Positions 1-8,651 of a stretch of 64,000 nt of DNA are shown here, piece after piece; the first letter of the stretch is position 1; every line of letters begins with the position of its first letter. This DNA is from Simkaniaceae bacterium (GTDB lineage: Bacteria; Chlamydiota; Chlamydiia; Chlamydiales; JAJFMI01), in the NCBI GenBank assembly GCA_040880145.1, contig JBBDIZ010000024.1, positions 24,009-88,008 on the forward strand, written 5' to 3'. The translations under genes and the position numbers were made by a program. The notes beneath the pieces were generated by a model. That model saw only the letters and a program-made list of their open reading frames with translations, made no database searches and was not told the origin of the DNA.

Positions 1-957
1 ATTTCGGAAGTGAAGGTTCAGCCCCTTAAGCACTTCTTCGGCCGATTGAATCATTGACTCAAACATTTCATCACTCTTCTCAGGTTCTGTAAAAGCGAAC
101 ATTTCAACCTTGTTGAATTGATGCACACGGATCAATCCGCGCTCCCCGGCGCCGGCGGCGCCGCTCTCTCTTCGAAAACAAGGGGTATAGGTGATGTATT
201 TTTTAGGCAATTCATCTTTCGAAAAAATTTCATCTAAGTGCATTCCATTGAGAGAAACCTCGCCGGTCGGAATTAATGTAAAAGGGTAATCAGGATCATC
301 GAGCTTATAAAACTGACCTTGAAATTTTGGAAGCTGCGCAGAGGCATACATGGCCTCCTCTTTTACCAGGTGAGGAACAAGACAGAATGTGAATCCATTT
401 TTCAAATGAATATCGATCATATAATTGAGAAGCGCCCACTCAAGGCGCGCTCCCATATCCCGATAGATAGGCCACCCCGTTCCAGTGAGTTTTGCCCCCC
501 GCACAAAATCAAAAATGCCCAATTTTTCATTGAGCTCAAGGTGATTTTTGGGAGAAAAAGAGAATGAGGGGGCCTTTGAAAAGGTTTTGATGCAAACATT
601 TTCCTTAGGGTCTAGAGAAATTTTGACATCGTGATCTGGAATGTTCGGAAGATAAAGAAGGCGTTTTTCAAGTTTTTCTTCGGAAGTTTTTAGTTCAAGA
701 TTAAGCTTTGAAAGAGATTCTTTTATTTCTATAACTTTTGATGTAATCGTTGAATCATCTTGACCTAGGCGTTTTTTTTCACCGATTTTTTTAGAGGTTT
801 TTTTAAGATGGGAGCGTAATAATTCTGCCTCTGTTTTCAAAGAACGCACTTGCTCATCGATTGATAAAATTTCTTTTAAATCGATGGTTGGATCCTTTGA
901 CCTTAATTTCTTTTCAATTTCTCGAGCGTTGTCTCTAATTTTTTTTATATCTAACAT
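1..957 (-). CDS. serS: Seryl-tRNA synthetase (3' end outside the window)
   Basis: Hand translation from ATG at 957: MLDIKKIRDN...LPNIP...LIPTGEV...YTPCFRRESGAAG...GLIRVHQFNKVEMF; frame stays open to the window edge. Confidence 0.95.
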   Translation of the reverse strand, partial: MLDIKKIRDNAREIEKKLRSKDPTIDLKEILSIDEQVRSLKTEAELLRSHLKKTSKKIGEKKRLGQDDSTITSKVIEIKESLSKLNLELKTSEEKLEKRLLYLPNIPDHDVKISLDPKENVCIKTFSKAPSFSFSPKNHLELNEKLGIFDFVRGAKLTGTGWPIYRDMGARLEWALLNYMIDIHLKNGFTFCLVPHLVKEEAMYASAQLPKFQGQFYKLDDPDYPFTLIPTGEVSLNGMHLDEIFSKDELPKKYITYTPCFRRESGAAGAGERGLIRVHQFNKVEMFAFTEPEKSDEMFESMIQSAEEVLKGLNLHFRN

Positions 958-1081
958 AATTTTTTTTACCGGTTGATCTCATATTTTAGCCCTAAACCCA
1001 TTAAAAGGGGAGTGAAAAATATCCCTTATATGTTATAAAAGAGGGACATCCTATCATTAACCCTCCAAAGTAAGATTCACG

Positions 1082-2188
1082 ATGGCCAAATCAAACGAAA
1101 AAAAAGAAGCAAAAAATCCTTTAATTCTTCGCTTTCATCGCATGTTAGATGCTTTTTCTAAATCAGATGATGAGCGCGACTTTTATATCGATCGTCAAGA
1201 GGGCTTTATCGTCTTTGTCGACTTGGACAAAAATGACGAGGAGCTCCTAGCTTTAGAGAAAGAGATTCAATCTCATGAAGGCCGTTATGTTCTTTTTCCT
1301 AAGATGAGCTATTTTGAGACAAAGAAGTTTATGGAAGGCTTTGTTAACGAAAAAGTTTATGATATCGACACAAAAGAAAAGCTTCTTGCAATTATTGCGG
1401 GCAAGGAATCACGAGAAAATTTTTTAGAGTTTATCTATGACCATGTCGCTGAAATGGAGAGATGGCAGCAGTATTATCACGAGCGCTCTCGAATTCGCAT
1501 TATTGGCTGGTTAATCGAGGAAGAGTTTGATTTTGTTTTTGAAGAAGACCTTGAAATTCAAAATAGCACGATAGAGAAGGTGAAAAGCCATCTTTTTGAT
1601 ACACGGGCATCTAAGGAAGTTTCATCGGCAAGGGATGCCATCAAAACAAAAGCAAAGAGCTACTATTCGACAGAGGCGCTCAATCCGCGTCCCAAAAGGG
1701 GCCGCCCTCCCAAGCAACAGCAGAAGGTTGAAGTTGAGCCTGAATTAACTCAAGACATCTATCAAACAGTTCCATCCTCTCTACGCCCTTTTCTCTTTAT
1801 GCCTGATTTTTCAGGGGAGAGCGTTACTTTCTCAGCGAAGCATGATAATGAAACGCAATTTTTAGCGAGTTTAAAAGGGACAACGGCAAAAGTGGATACG
1901 AGCCTTCAAGTTCTTTCTCAGCGGTTAGAGTCACTGCGCCACCTTTCAGAGCGCTTAAGAGGAACTACAGATGAAAAGCTTCTTCAAGGCGAAGAGAAAT
2001 TGATGCAGGCGATCTCTAAAAGAGAGGAGTCTGAGGGAGAGAAGGTCGTAGAAGTTGCAAAGGGATTTTTGCCGAAAAAGCGAACTTCCACTTCGACAGA
2101 CGGGAAGGATATTGGAGAAAGACTTGGCCGGAAAAGAAAGGCAGGTTCTAAAAAAGTCTCTGAAATAAAGAGAAAAAAGAAATCATGA
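1082..2188 (+). CDS. UPF0158 family protein (chlamydial conserved) with AT-hook-like PKRGRPPK motif and basic tail
   Basis: NPLILRFHRMLDAFSKSDDERDFYIDR N-terminus is typical of chlamydial UPF0158 proteins. Confidence 0.8.
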   Translation: MAKSNEKKEAKNPLILRFHRMLDAFSKSDDERDFYIDRQEGFIVFVDLDKNDEELLALEKEIQSHEGRYVLFPKMSYFETKKFMEGFVNEKVYDIDTKEKLLAIIAGKESRENFLEFIYDHVAEMERWQQYYHERSRIRIIGWLIEEEFDFVFEEDLEIQNSTIEKVKSHLFDTRASKEVSSARDAIKTKAKSYYSTEALNPRPKRGRPPKQQQKVEVEPELTQDIYQTVPSSLRPFLFMPDFSGESVTFSAKHDNETQFLASLKGTTAKVDTSLQVLSQRLESLRHLSERLRGTTDEKLLQGEEKLMQAISKREESEGEKVVEVAKGFLPKKRTSTSTDGKDIGERLGRKRKAGSKKVSEIKRKKKS

Positions 2189-4215
2189 CGACAGAGATTA
2201 AAAAATGCAGTCTTGAAGACAAGGAAAAAAGACGCTGTTTAGCAGTCCTTAAAACGCTTTTAAGGACGCGTATTGCTGATGATAAATTAAGCAAAATGGT
2301 GCGTCAAAATAAAGGGGGGACCTTTCATCTTTCCACAGCAGGCCATGAGTTAATCGGTGCAGTCGCTACGAGTTTTCTTGTAAAAGAGAAAGATTGGGGA
2401 CTTCTCTACTACCGAGATCGAGCTTACGCGATCGGAATGGGTTGCTCGCTTCTCGATCTTTTTGGCGCTTTTTTGGCGCGTATTGGGGAGCACCACTCTT
2501 CATCCCGTCAAATGCCTGAGCATTACTCTGATAAACGCCTTCGCATTCCCACCTCTTCCAGCGTTGTCGGCTCCCAATTTCTTCAAGCTGTAGGGATTGC
2601 AAAAGCAGCCCAAATCAAGCAGAAAGATGAAGTGGTCTATGTCTCCGGTGGTGATGGTTCTTCGTCGCAAGGTGATTTTCATGAAGCATTGAATATGGCT
2701 GCGATCCATAAATTAGGAGTTATCTTTGTTATTCAAGATAATGGCTGGGCCATTTCGGTTCCTGTCGATGATCAAATTGCCGGAGCATCCCTTGCAAAGC
2801 GAAGTCGCGGCTATGAAGGACTGTCGGTTTTTGAGATCGATGGTACGGATTTTGAAGAATTATCAAGTGCTTTTAGCGAGTCGACTCAAAAGGCAAAAAA
2901 AGGGCAGGGGCCATCTTTGATTGTGGCAAAAGTCCCTCGAATTGCCCCTCATAGCATTAGCGATGATCATTGCAAATACAAAAGCGAAGACGACTTTAGA
3001 GAAGATGAAAAACGAGACCCTCTTCCCCGTTATAAAAAATGGCTAATCGATAGGGACCTTATCTTAGAAAGCGAGCTTATCGACCTCGAGGCCGAAATCA
3101 AGGCCGAAGTTGATGAAGCGGCTCTTTTGGCCGACAAGCGCCCCTTTCCCGACCCGAATGACGCGAGCAGCTTTGTCTTTATGCCGGATGAAATCAAAGC
3201 CGTAGAGGGCGACCCTCTTTCAGAGACCCCTATTGTGATGGTTGATGCGCTCAATCACGCCCTTAAAGAAGAGATGGAAAAAGACCCGAACCTCGTTGTT
3301 TTTGGTCAGGATGTTGCCCATGGCAAGGGAGGCGTTTTTGGAGTGACACAATCCCTTACTGCTGAGTTTGGTGAAATGCGCTGTTTCAATACCCCTCTTG
3401 CCGAATCGACCATTGTAGGGTTGGCTATTGGTCTTGCTTTTGCGGGGCTGACTCCTGTTGCAGAAATTCAGTTTTGTGACTATATGTGGACAGGAATCAA
3501 TCAAATTATCAATGAACTTTCCTCCATTTGCTACCGCTCAAGAGGGGAGTATCACTGCCCTGTAGTGATTCGGATGCCGTGCGGGGGGTACATCCAGGGA
3601 GGGCCGTACCACTCTCAGAGTGTTGAAGCTTTTCTTGCTCACTGCCCCGGTTTAAAAATTGTCATACCAAGTAACGCTGAAGATGCGAAACGACTCTTAA
3701 AGGGGGCGATTCGCGACCCCAATCCCGTTATTTTTTTAGAGCATAAAGCGCTATACCGTCAGCGCCTTTTCTCTGCACGAAAAGAGCCGTCAAAAGAGGA
3801 TATCCTGCCGCTTGGGAAGGGAAAAATTGTCAAACAAGGAGATGACTTAAGCGTTATCACTTATGGCATGATGACCCCAATGGTTTATGAAGTTGCAAGA
3901 GAGCTTGAGAAAGAGGGCATGAGTATCGAAGTCATTGATCTTCGAACGATCATCCCTCTAGACAAGGAGCTCATTGCTCAATCGGTGAAAAAGACAGGAA
4001 AGGTTCTTATTGCGCACGAGGCTGCTCAAACGGGTGGATTTGGCGCTGAAATTGCGGCTCAAATTAGCGGCGAACTCTTCCATTATCTTGATGCACCGAT
4101 CAAACGAATTGCTGCGAAAGATTGTCCTGTGCCTTACTCAAAAATTTTGGAAGATGAAGTTTTGCCTCAGAAGAAAGACTTAGAAAAAGCGATACGAAAA
4201 CTATTTAATTCGTGA
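2185..4215 (+). CDS. pdhAB: 2-oxoacid (branched-chain/pyruvate) dehydrogenase E1 alpha-beta fusion
   Basis: TPP motif GDGSSSQGDFHE...N; beta domain GQDVA, FNTPLAE, GGPYHSQ. Confidence 0.92.
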   Translation: MTTEIKKCSLEDKEKRRCLAVLKTLLRTRIADDKLSKMVRQNKGGTFHLSTAGHELIGAVATSFLVKEKDWGLLYYRDRAYAIGMGCSLLDLFGAFLARIGEHHSSSRQMPEHYSDKRLRIPTSSSVVGSQFLQAVGIAKAAQIKQKDEVVYVSGGDGSSSQGDFHEALNMAAIHKLGVIFVIQDNGWAISVPVDDQIAGASLAKRSRGYEGLSVFEIDGTDFEELSSAFSESTQKAKKGQGPSLIVAKVPRIAPHSISDDHCKYKSEDDFREDEKRDPLPRYKKWLIDRDLILESELIDLEAEIKAEVDEAALLADKRPFPDPNDASSFVFMPDEIKAVEGDPLSETPIVMVDALNHALKEEMEKDPNLVVFGQDVAHGKGGVFGVTQSLTAEFGEMRCFNTPLAESTIVGLAIGLAFAGLTPVAEIQFCDYMWTGINQIINELSSICYRSRGEYHCPVVIRMPCGGYIQGGPYHSQSVEAFLAHCPGLKIVIPSNAEDAKRLLKGAIRDPNPVIFLEHKALYRQRLFSARKEPSKEDILPLGKGKIVKQGDDLSVITYGMMTPMVYEVARELEKEGMSIEVIDLRTIIPLDKELIAQSVKKTGKVLIAHEAAQTGGFGAEIAAQISGELFHYLDAPIKRIAAKDCPVPYSKILEDEVLPQKKDLEKAIRKLFNS

Positions 4216-4567
4216 CGCGTCTTTGACGGCGCCATTTTTTGGGGCCAAAATTCTTGCGATTTTTGCGCCTTTTCATGATTTTCTCAAAATCTGAATCCTG
4301 AGCATTTAAATCCGAAAAATGCATCAGTTTCTTCTGCACTTGTTTGATTTTTTCCGCATCTTTTTTGCTCATCTTTTTCTCTTCTTCAATCATGTCGTGC
4401 ACATGGAGCATATGGGAGAGAAGACTCTCTTGCGTCTTCTTCAAACCGTCAACCTCTGCCTCGATACCGTCATTTGATTCAATGTGATTGAGTACATCCG
4501 CATTTTGAATCAGCTGATCAAGAGTCAGGCTTAAGTCTTCAACCAAACTATCCATAGAAGTAATCAT
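4205..4567 (-). CDS. Hypothetical protein, coiled coil with basic C-terminus
   Basis: 120-aa ORF with GGAG RBS upstream. Confidence 0.65.
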   Translation of the reverse strand: MITSMDSLVEDLSLTLDQLIQNADVLNHIESNDGIEAEVDGLKKTQESLLSHMLHVHDMIEEEKKMSKKDAEKIKQVQKKLMHFSDLNAQDSDFEKIMKRRKNRKNFGPKKWRRQRRVTN

Positions 4568-4666
4568 GACCTATCTCCCATTAGATCTCTGCCCATTTTA
4601 CTGGTGTACTTCTTAAGAGAAATACATTCAAGTTTTTTTTATACTCAAAAAAAAACTACACAAACT

Positions 4667-4702
4667 TATATCGAAACCAATTCTTGAAATTTTTTCGGTA
4701 TA
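4667..4702. repeat. 36-bp TATACCGAAA-family palindromic element
   Basis: Reverse complement TATACCGAAAAAATTTCAAGAATTGGTTTCGATATA matches the termini of copies at 8614, 12530 and 48961. Confidence 0.75.
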
Positions 4703-4759
4703 ATTCTTTACAAAAAAGCAACAAAACATTAAAATATATAATACAAACAAGGTGTTATT

Positions 4760-5305
4760 TTGATTAATGATATATCAGTAAACAATAATTATGTTGATAG
4801 CGATTATGATTTTAATGAAGAGGATTATGATTTTAATGGTATGGAAGATAGTTCTGCCTCACCTCTTCATAAAGAGGATAGTTTATTTGACAAGGGTTTA
4901 GAAAAATTATTAGGTCTATTGAAAAAAATATTCAATATTTTTAAAATAATTTTTATAGATCCGTTTACAAGTTGCTGTACTCCAAATGACGATATAGTAG
5001 AGCTGAAAGGGGCAACTCCAGGAGTTGGTGATCAAGACGTTCTAAATGTAAGGATTATTAATAATAAAGTATTTCTAAATGCTGATTTTTATTATTTTTT
5101 TGACTCTGAAATTAAGAAAGCTAATGATTTCAAGGATGTTATTAATAAACATTTGAATGATTTTTTGAGCAAATCCTTAAATTTGGAAAAGGTTGTCATT
5201 ATAAAAGAGGCTTCTACTTATTTGCTCAGGTTCTCTTTTGAAGAAGAAGACGCTCAATCCCCCGAAGAGTTTTCTTACCCTCAGAATTTAGAAAAAACTT
5301 TCTAG
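4760..5305 (+). CDS. AT-rich orphan hypothetical protein (candidate effector)
   Basis: 181-aa ORF, TTG start after AAGG, Asn/Asp-rich N-terminus. Confidence 0.6.
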   Translation: MINDISVNNNYVDSDYDFNEEDYDFNGMEDSSASPLHKEDSLFDKGLEKLLGLLKKIFNIFKIIFIDPFTSCCTPNDDIVELKGATPGVGDQDVLNVRIINNKVFLNADFYYFFDSEIKKANDFKDVINKHLNDFLSKSLNLEKVVIIKEASTYLLRFSFEEEDAQSPEEFSYPQNLEKTF

Positions 5306-5362
5306 AAATCTGGAGAAAAAAACGAGCCTAATATACTATCGGCACGACTTTTTTATTAAGGT

Positions 5363-6148
5363 GTGTCAATGGTTCGGTTTTGCCCATTAGCATCGGGGTC
5401 AAAAGGAAATGCGATTTTTCTTTCGACTGAGAAAACAAAAATACTCTTCGATTGCGGATTAAGCGCTAAGCAGCTAGAAGTTCGTTTAAATTCCATAGGG
5501 GAATCGCTTTCAGAAATAGAAGCTATTCTCATTAGTCATGAGCACACCGATCATATTCGAGCGGTAGAGATCGTAAGCAAGCAGTATCAAATTCCGATAC
5601 TTGCAAATTCTGAAACGGCTAAAGCCATTCTTGCCCAGGTCAGAGTCGAGCCTCTTTTTAAGATTTTTTCGACAGGGGAGACGTTTCACTTCAAAGACTT
5701 GGAAATTCATCCCTTTAGTATTCAGCACGACACCTTAGATCCTGTCGCTTTTACTGTTAAAACCTGTGGTTATAAAATTGGCATTTGTACAGACCTTGGA
5801 TTTGCAACCTCTCTTGTTGAAAATCATCTTCGAGGCTGTGACGTTCTCTACTTGGAATCAAACCATGAGCCTTCAATGGTACACGCTTCAGCAAGGCCCA
5901 TGGTCTATAAGCAAAGGGTGCTGGGGCGCCAGGGTCATCTATCTAATGAAGCTGCAGCAGAGCTGCTTCAAAAAGTAGCGCATGAGAAACTTTTAAAGGT
6001 TTATTTAGCTCATTTATCTGAAGAGTGCAACCATCCTGAAGTGGCTCTTAAAAAAGCAAAAGAAGCTTTAAGTAAAGCAGAGATTTCTGTTGAAATTGCC
6101 CATCAGGTAAAATGTAGTTCGTTACTGGAACTGTTTCTTAGAGTTTAA
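5363..6148 (+). CDS. yycJ: MBL-fold metallo-hydrolase, YycJ/WalJ family
   Basis: LASGSKGN, SHEHTDH, LESNH, GHLSN, LAHLSEECN motifs. Confidence 0.9.
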   Translation: MSMVRFCPLASGSKGNAIFLSTEKTKILFDCGLSAKQLEVRLNSIGESLSEIEAILISHEHTDHIRAVEIVSKQYQIPILANSETAKAILAQVRVEPLFKIFSTGETFHFKDLEIHPFSIQHDTLDPVAFTVKTCGYKIGICTDLGFATSLVENHLRGCDVLYLESNHEPSMVHASARPMVYKQRVLGRQGHLSNEAAAELLQKVAHEKLLKVYLAHLSEECNHPEVALKKAKEALSKAEISVEIAHQVKCSSLLELFLRV

Positions 6149-7479
6149 AGGGGAAGCGTTAAGCCATCATAGGCAAGTCTGACTTGAGTCATAAGATGAC
6201 AATCATGAAGAATATCGAGATGGAGTTGAACTTTGACTTGGAGGTCACTATCTGAGTGTTGAGGATCGTGGTGGGTGACCACCCAATCATGACAGTGAGT
6301 TGCATTGATAAGGGCGGTTGCATTCGAAATCGAACTATGACCCCAACCGACTTTTTTCTGATACTCTTCCGGAAAATATTGCGCCTCATGAATCAATAAG
6401 TCGCAGTCTTTTAAAAATGAAATCAAGCTTTGGTGAGGCTCTAAAAGAGGGTGATTTTTTCCGATATCGCCTGGATGGCCATGATAGCCAAGGAGCATCT
6501 CGTTATCTGTAACGTAGCCAATCGTATGATGGGGTGAGCGTATTTTAAAGCAAAGGGTGTGGCCTGGGTGGTAAGTGTAGTGAGTTTCTAAAACAAGATT
6601 GCCGATCTTGATATGATCGCCATCTCTTAATTCTTTGAATTCAAATTCTGCTTGCATGTCATCTAGACGAACAGGAAAAAAGGCATGAGCGAGCATTTCA
6701 GAAAAAATCTCCTTTGGAGCTCGATCAAAGCCAACGGGCGCCCAAATATTGATCTTGCAACCCTTACGATAAATCGGAGCAAAGAAGGGGAATCCCGTGA
6801 TATGATCCCAGTGCGTATGTCCTATAAAGAGATTGATTTCATTTTCATTCGTTAGCATTTCACCAAGAGGACGAATTCCTGTTCCGGCATCGATGATTAA
6901 AAGGTCTTTCCCGTAACGAACTTCTAAGCAGCAGGTATTTCCTCCGTAGCGTACATATTTCGGTCCGGCCACTGGATTGCTGCCCCGGGTTCCCCAAAAG
7001 CGGATATAGGAAGTCGCAATTGTCGGTGTTGGGTTGTAAAAAGTCTTATTTTCAGGAAGATCCGGCATTTTTTCAACAAAGGGAGCCGCATTAAGATTTC
7101 CTTGAAAGTAAGACTCAACGATTAGAAAGAATTCATCAGCTGAGAAAGGCTTCTCTAAAAAATAAGTCGTGCCCCTATCCATAGCTGCGCGATAATTTTG
7201 AATCATTGTCTGAGATGAGGTGATGATTACCCCAATTTCCTCAAAGCCCTTTTCCTTTCTCATATGACCGAGGATTTCAATTCCATGCATCTTAGGTAGC
7301 ATCAATTCAACAATAATGAGTTCAGGCTTGAAGCTGTGGAGACGTTTCAGGGTTTCAGGCCCATCAGAGGTCATTTCAATTGCATAATCACTAAAGCGCT
7401 GATCACTTTTTAGCAAGCGACGAGTTTGGGGTGAGGGATCTGCTATGAGTAGGCGTTTAGGCTCCATAGGCCTACTCAT
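6145..7479 (-). CDS. Receiver (REC)-like domain fused to MBL-fold hydrolase (phosphodiesterase-like)
   Basis: N-terminal REC fold (LLIAD...LIIVELMLP...FLEKPF); C-terminal FWGTRGS, YGGNT, DAGTG, HTHWDH, GWGHS, HHDP. Confidence 0.85.
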   Translation of the reverse strand: MSRPMEPKRLLIADPSPQTRRLLKSDQRFSDYAIEMTSDGPETLKRLHSFKPELIIVELMLPKMHGIEILGHMRKEKGFEEIGVIITSSQTMIQNYRAAMDRGTTYFLEKPFSADEFFLIVESYFQGNLNAAPFVEKMPDLPENKTFYNPTPTIATSYIRFWGTRGSNPVAGPKYVRYGGNTCCLEVRYGKDLLIIDAGTGIRPLGEMLTNENEINLFIGHTHWDHITGFPFFAPIYRKGCKINIWAPVGFDRAPKEIFSEMLAHAFFPVRLDDMQAEFEFKELRDGDHIKIGNLVLETHYTYHPGHTLCFKIRSPHHTIGYVTDNEMLLGYHGHPGDIGKNHPLLEPHQSLISFLKDCDLLIHEAQYFPEEYQKKVGWGHSSISNATALINATHCHDWVVTHHDPQHSDSDLQVKVQLHLDILHDCHLMTQVRLAYDGLTLPL

Positions 7480-7515
7480 AGCGAAAACAGACTTTCGAAT
7501 CTACTCTTTTACGAG

Positions 7516-8556
7516 TTAATTTTCACTATCCGAATAGAAATAAGAAGGAGAGAGGTCTTGAGAGTAGGAAGTGACTTTGAATCCCTTATCTGTTTTTTTC
7601 ATTTCAGAAACGCATTCTATATCAATATAATTATGCCTATCTATAATCAGCTTATAGTTGTTATAAGATAAATAAAAATATATTCTATTTGTATAGATTG
7701 CAGTAATCTGATTTTTATCAGTAGTTATTATTGCATCTCCAGAGCCTTGATGTGTAGGCAGTAAGTATGTACTATTGTTCTTTTGCTTATCCATAAATTT
7801 AGCTAATAATAGACCTTGAAAGTTGCCTATAAGGCGATTTGGAATGATTTGCGAGGCCAAAAACTGTACAGGAAGGAGTTTTTCTTCTGAGTTGTCTAAT
7901 TCTTTTTTTAAATTTTCGAGTTCACTCTCAATTGATTGAAAGGGGGCTAATGAGTTATTATTTATTGAAACTTGAAATTTTCTTTCTCGATCACTTTTAT
8001 AATCGTTAAGATAGGGAAGTGAATTATTGGATTTCTTTTGATTTTTCTTTAATTTAGAAGTGTATCCTTCGTTTATTTCTTCTATAATTTTTTGATTATC
8101 ATCATGCTTCTTTAGGAAATTACCGGCCTTATTAGGTGCTATATTAAAAATGAGATCATTTATTAATTCTTTATTCTGGTAAAAAAGAGTATATAAGTCC
8201 CTTGACAGGTCTTTAAATGAAAAAGAATCGTCAAATTTGAGAGTCTCATCAATAGGCTGATCCCTTTTTTCTAATGCAATTTTATTTTCTAATTCATTTT
8301 TATAAATTGATTGAATTAGCTTTTCTAGGGAATTTTTCTCTGTATAAATTTTAGTTTTTTCTAGGAATGCTAAAGCGATATCAAATAAAAACCGAATTAC
8401 CGAATATTTAACAAATTTATAAGTTTCAATTTCACCATAGGTATTAAGTCCCTTAATATAGCGGACTTGCTTTTGGGATTCGAGATGATCAAGCAATGAG
8501 CCGAAGCTATCACTATTGTTAAGAAGGTCTATTACATTCATAAATATTATACTCAT
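7516..8556 (-). CDS. AT-rich orphan hypothetical protein
   Basis: 346-aa ORF, Lys/Asn-rich, no recognisable motif. Confidence 0.7.
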   Translation of the reverse strand: MSIIFMNVIDLLNNSDSFGSLLDHLESQKQVRYIKGLNTYGEIETYKFVKYSVIRFLFDIALAFLEKTKIYTEKNSLEKLIQSIYKNELENKIALEKRDQPIDETLKFDDSFSFKDLSRDLYTLFYQNKELINDLIFNIAPNKAGNFLKKHDDNQKIIEEINEGYTSKLKKNQKKSNNSLPYLNDYKSDRERKFQVSINNNSLAPFQSIESELENLKKELDNSEEKLLPVQFLASQIIPNRLIGNFQGLLLAKFMDKQKNNSTYLLPTHQGSGDAIITTDKNQITAIYTNRIYFYLSYNNYKLIIDRHNYIDIECVSEMKKTDKGFKVTSYSQDLSPSYFYSDSEN

Positions 8557-8613
8557 TTTAACTTTAATATATATTAATTATATGTGAAATATTAATTTTA
8601 GTAAAGGAAGAAT

Positions 8614-8649
8614 TACACCGAAACAACTTCAAGAATCAATTTTGGTATA
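8614..8649. repeat. 36-bp TATACCGAAA-family palindromic element
   Basis: TACACCGAAACAACTTCAAGAATCAATTTTGGTATA; first 23 nt nearly identical to an arm of the 48961-49122 element. Confidence 0.8.
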
Positions 8650-8651
8650 AA

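Noticed and set aside
319..599. Short ORFs 319-567 and 417-599 (and similar shadow ORFs throughout the window)
   Set aside because: They lie within serS or other well-supported genes, on the opposite strand or in another frame
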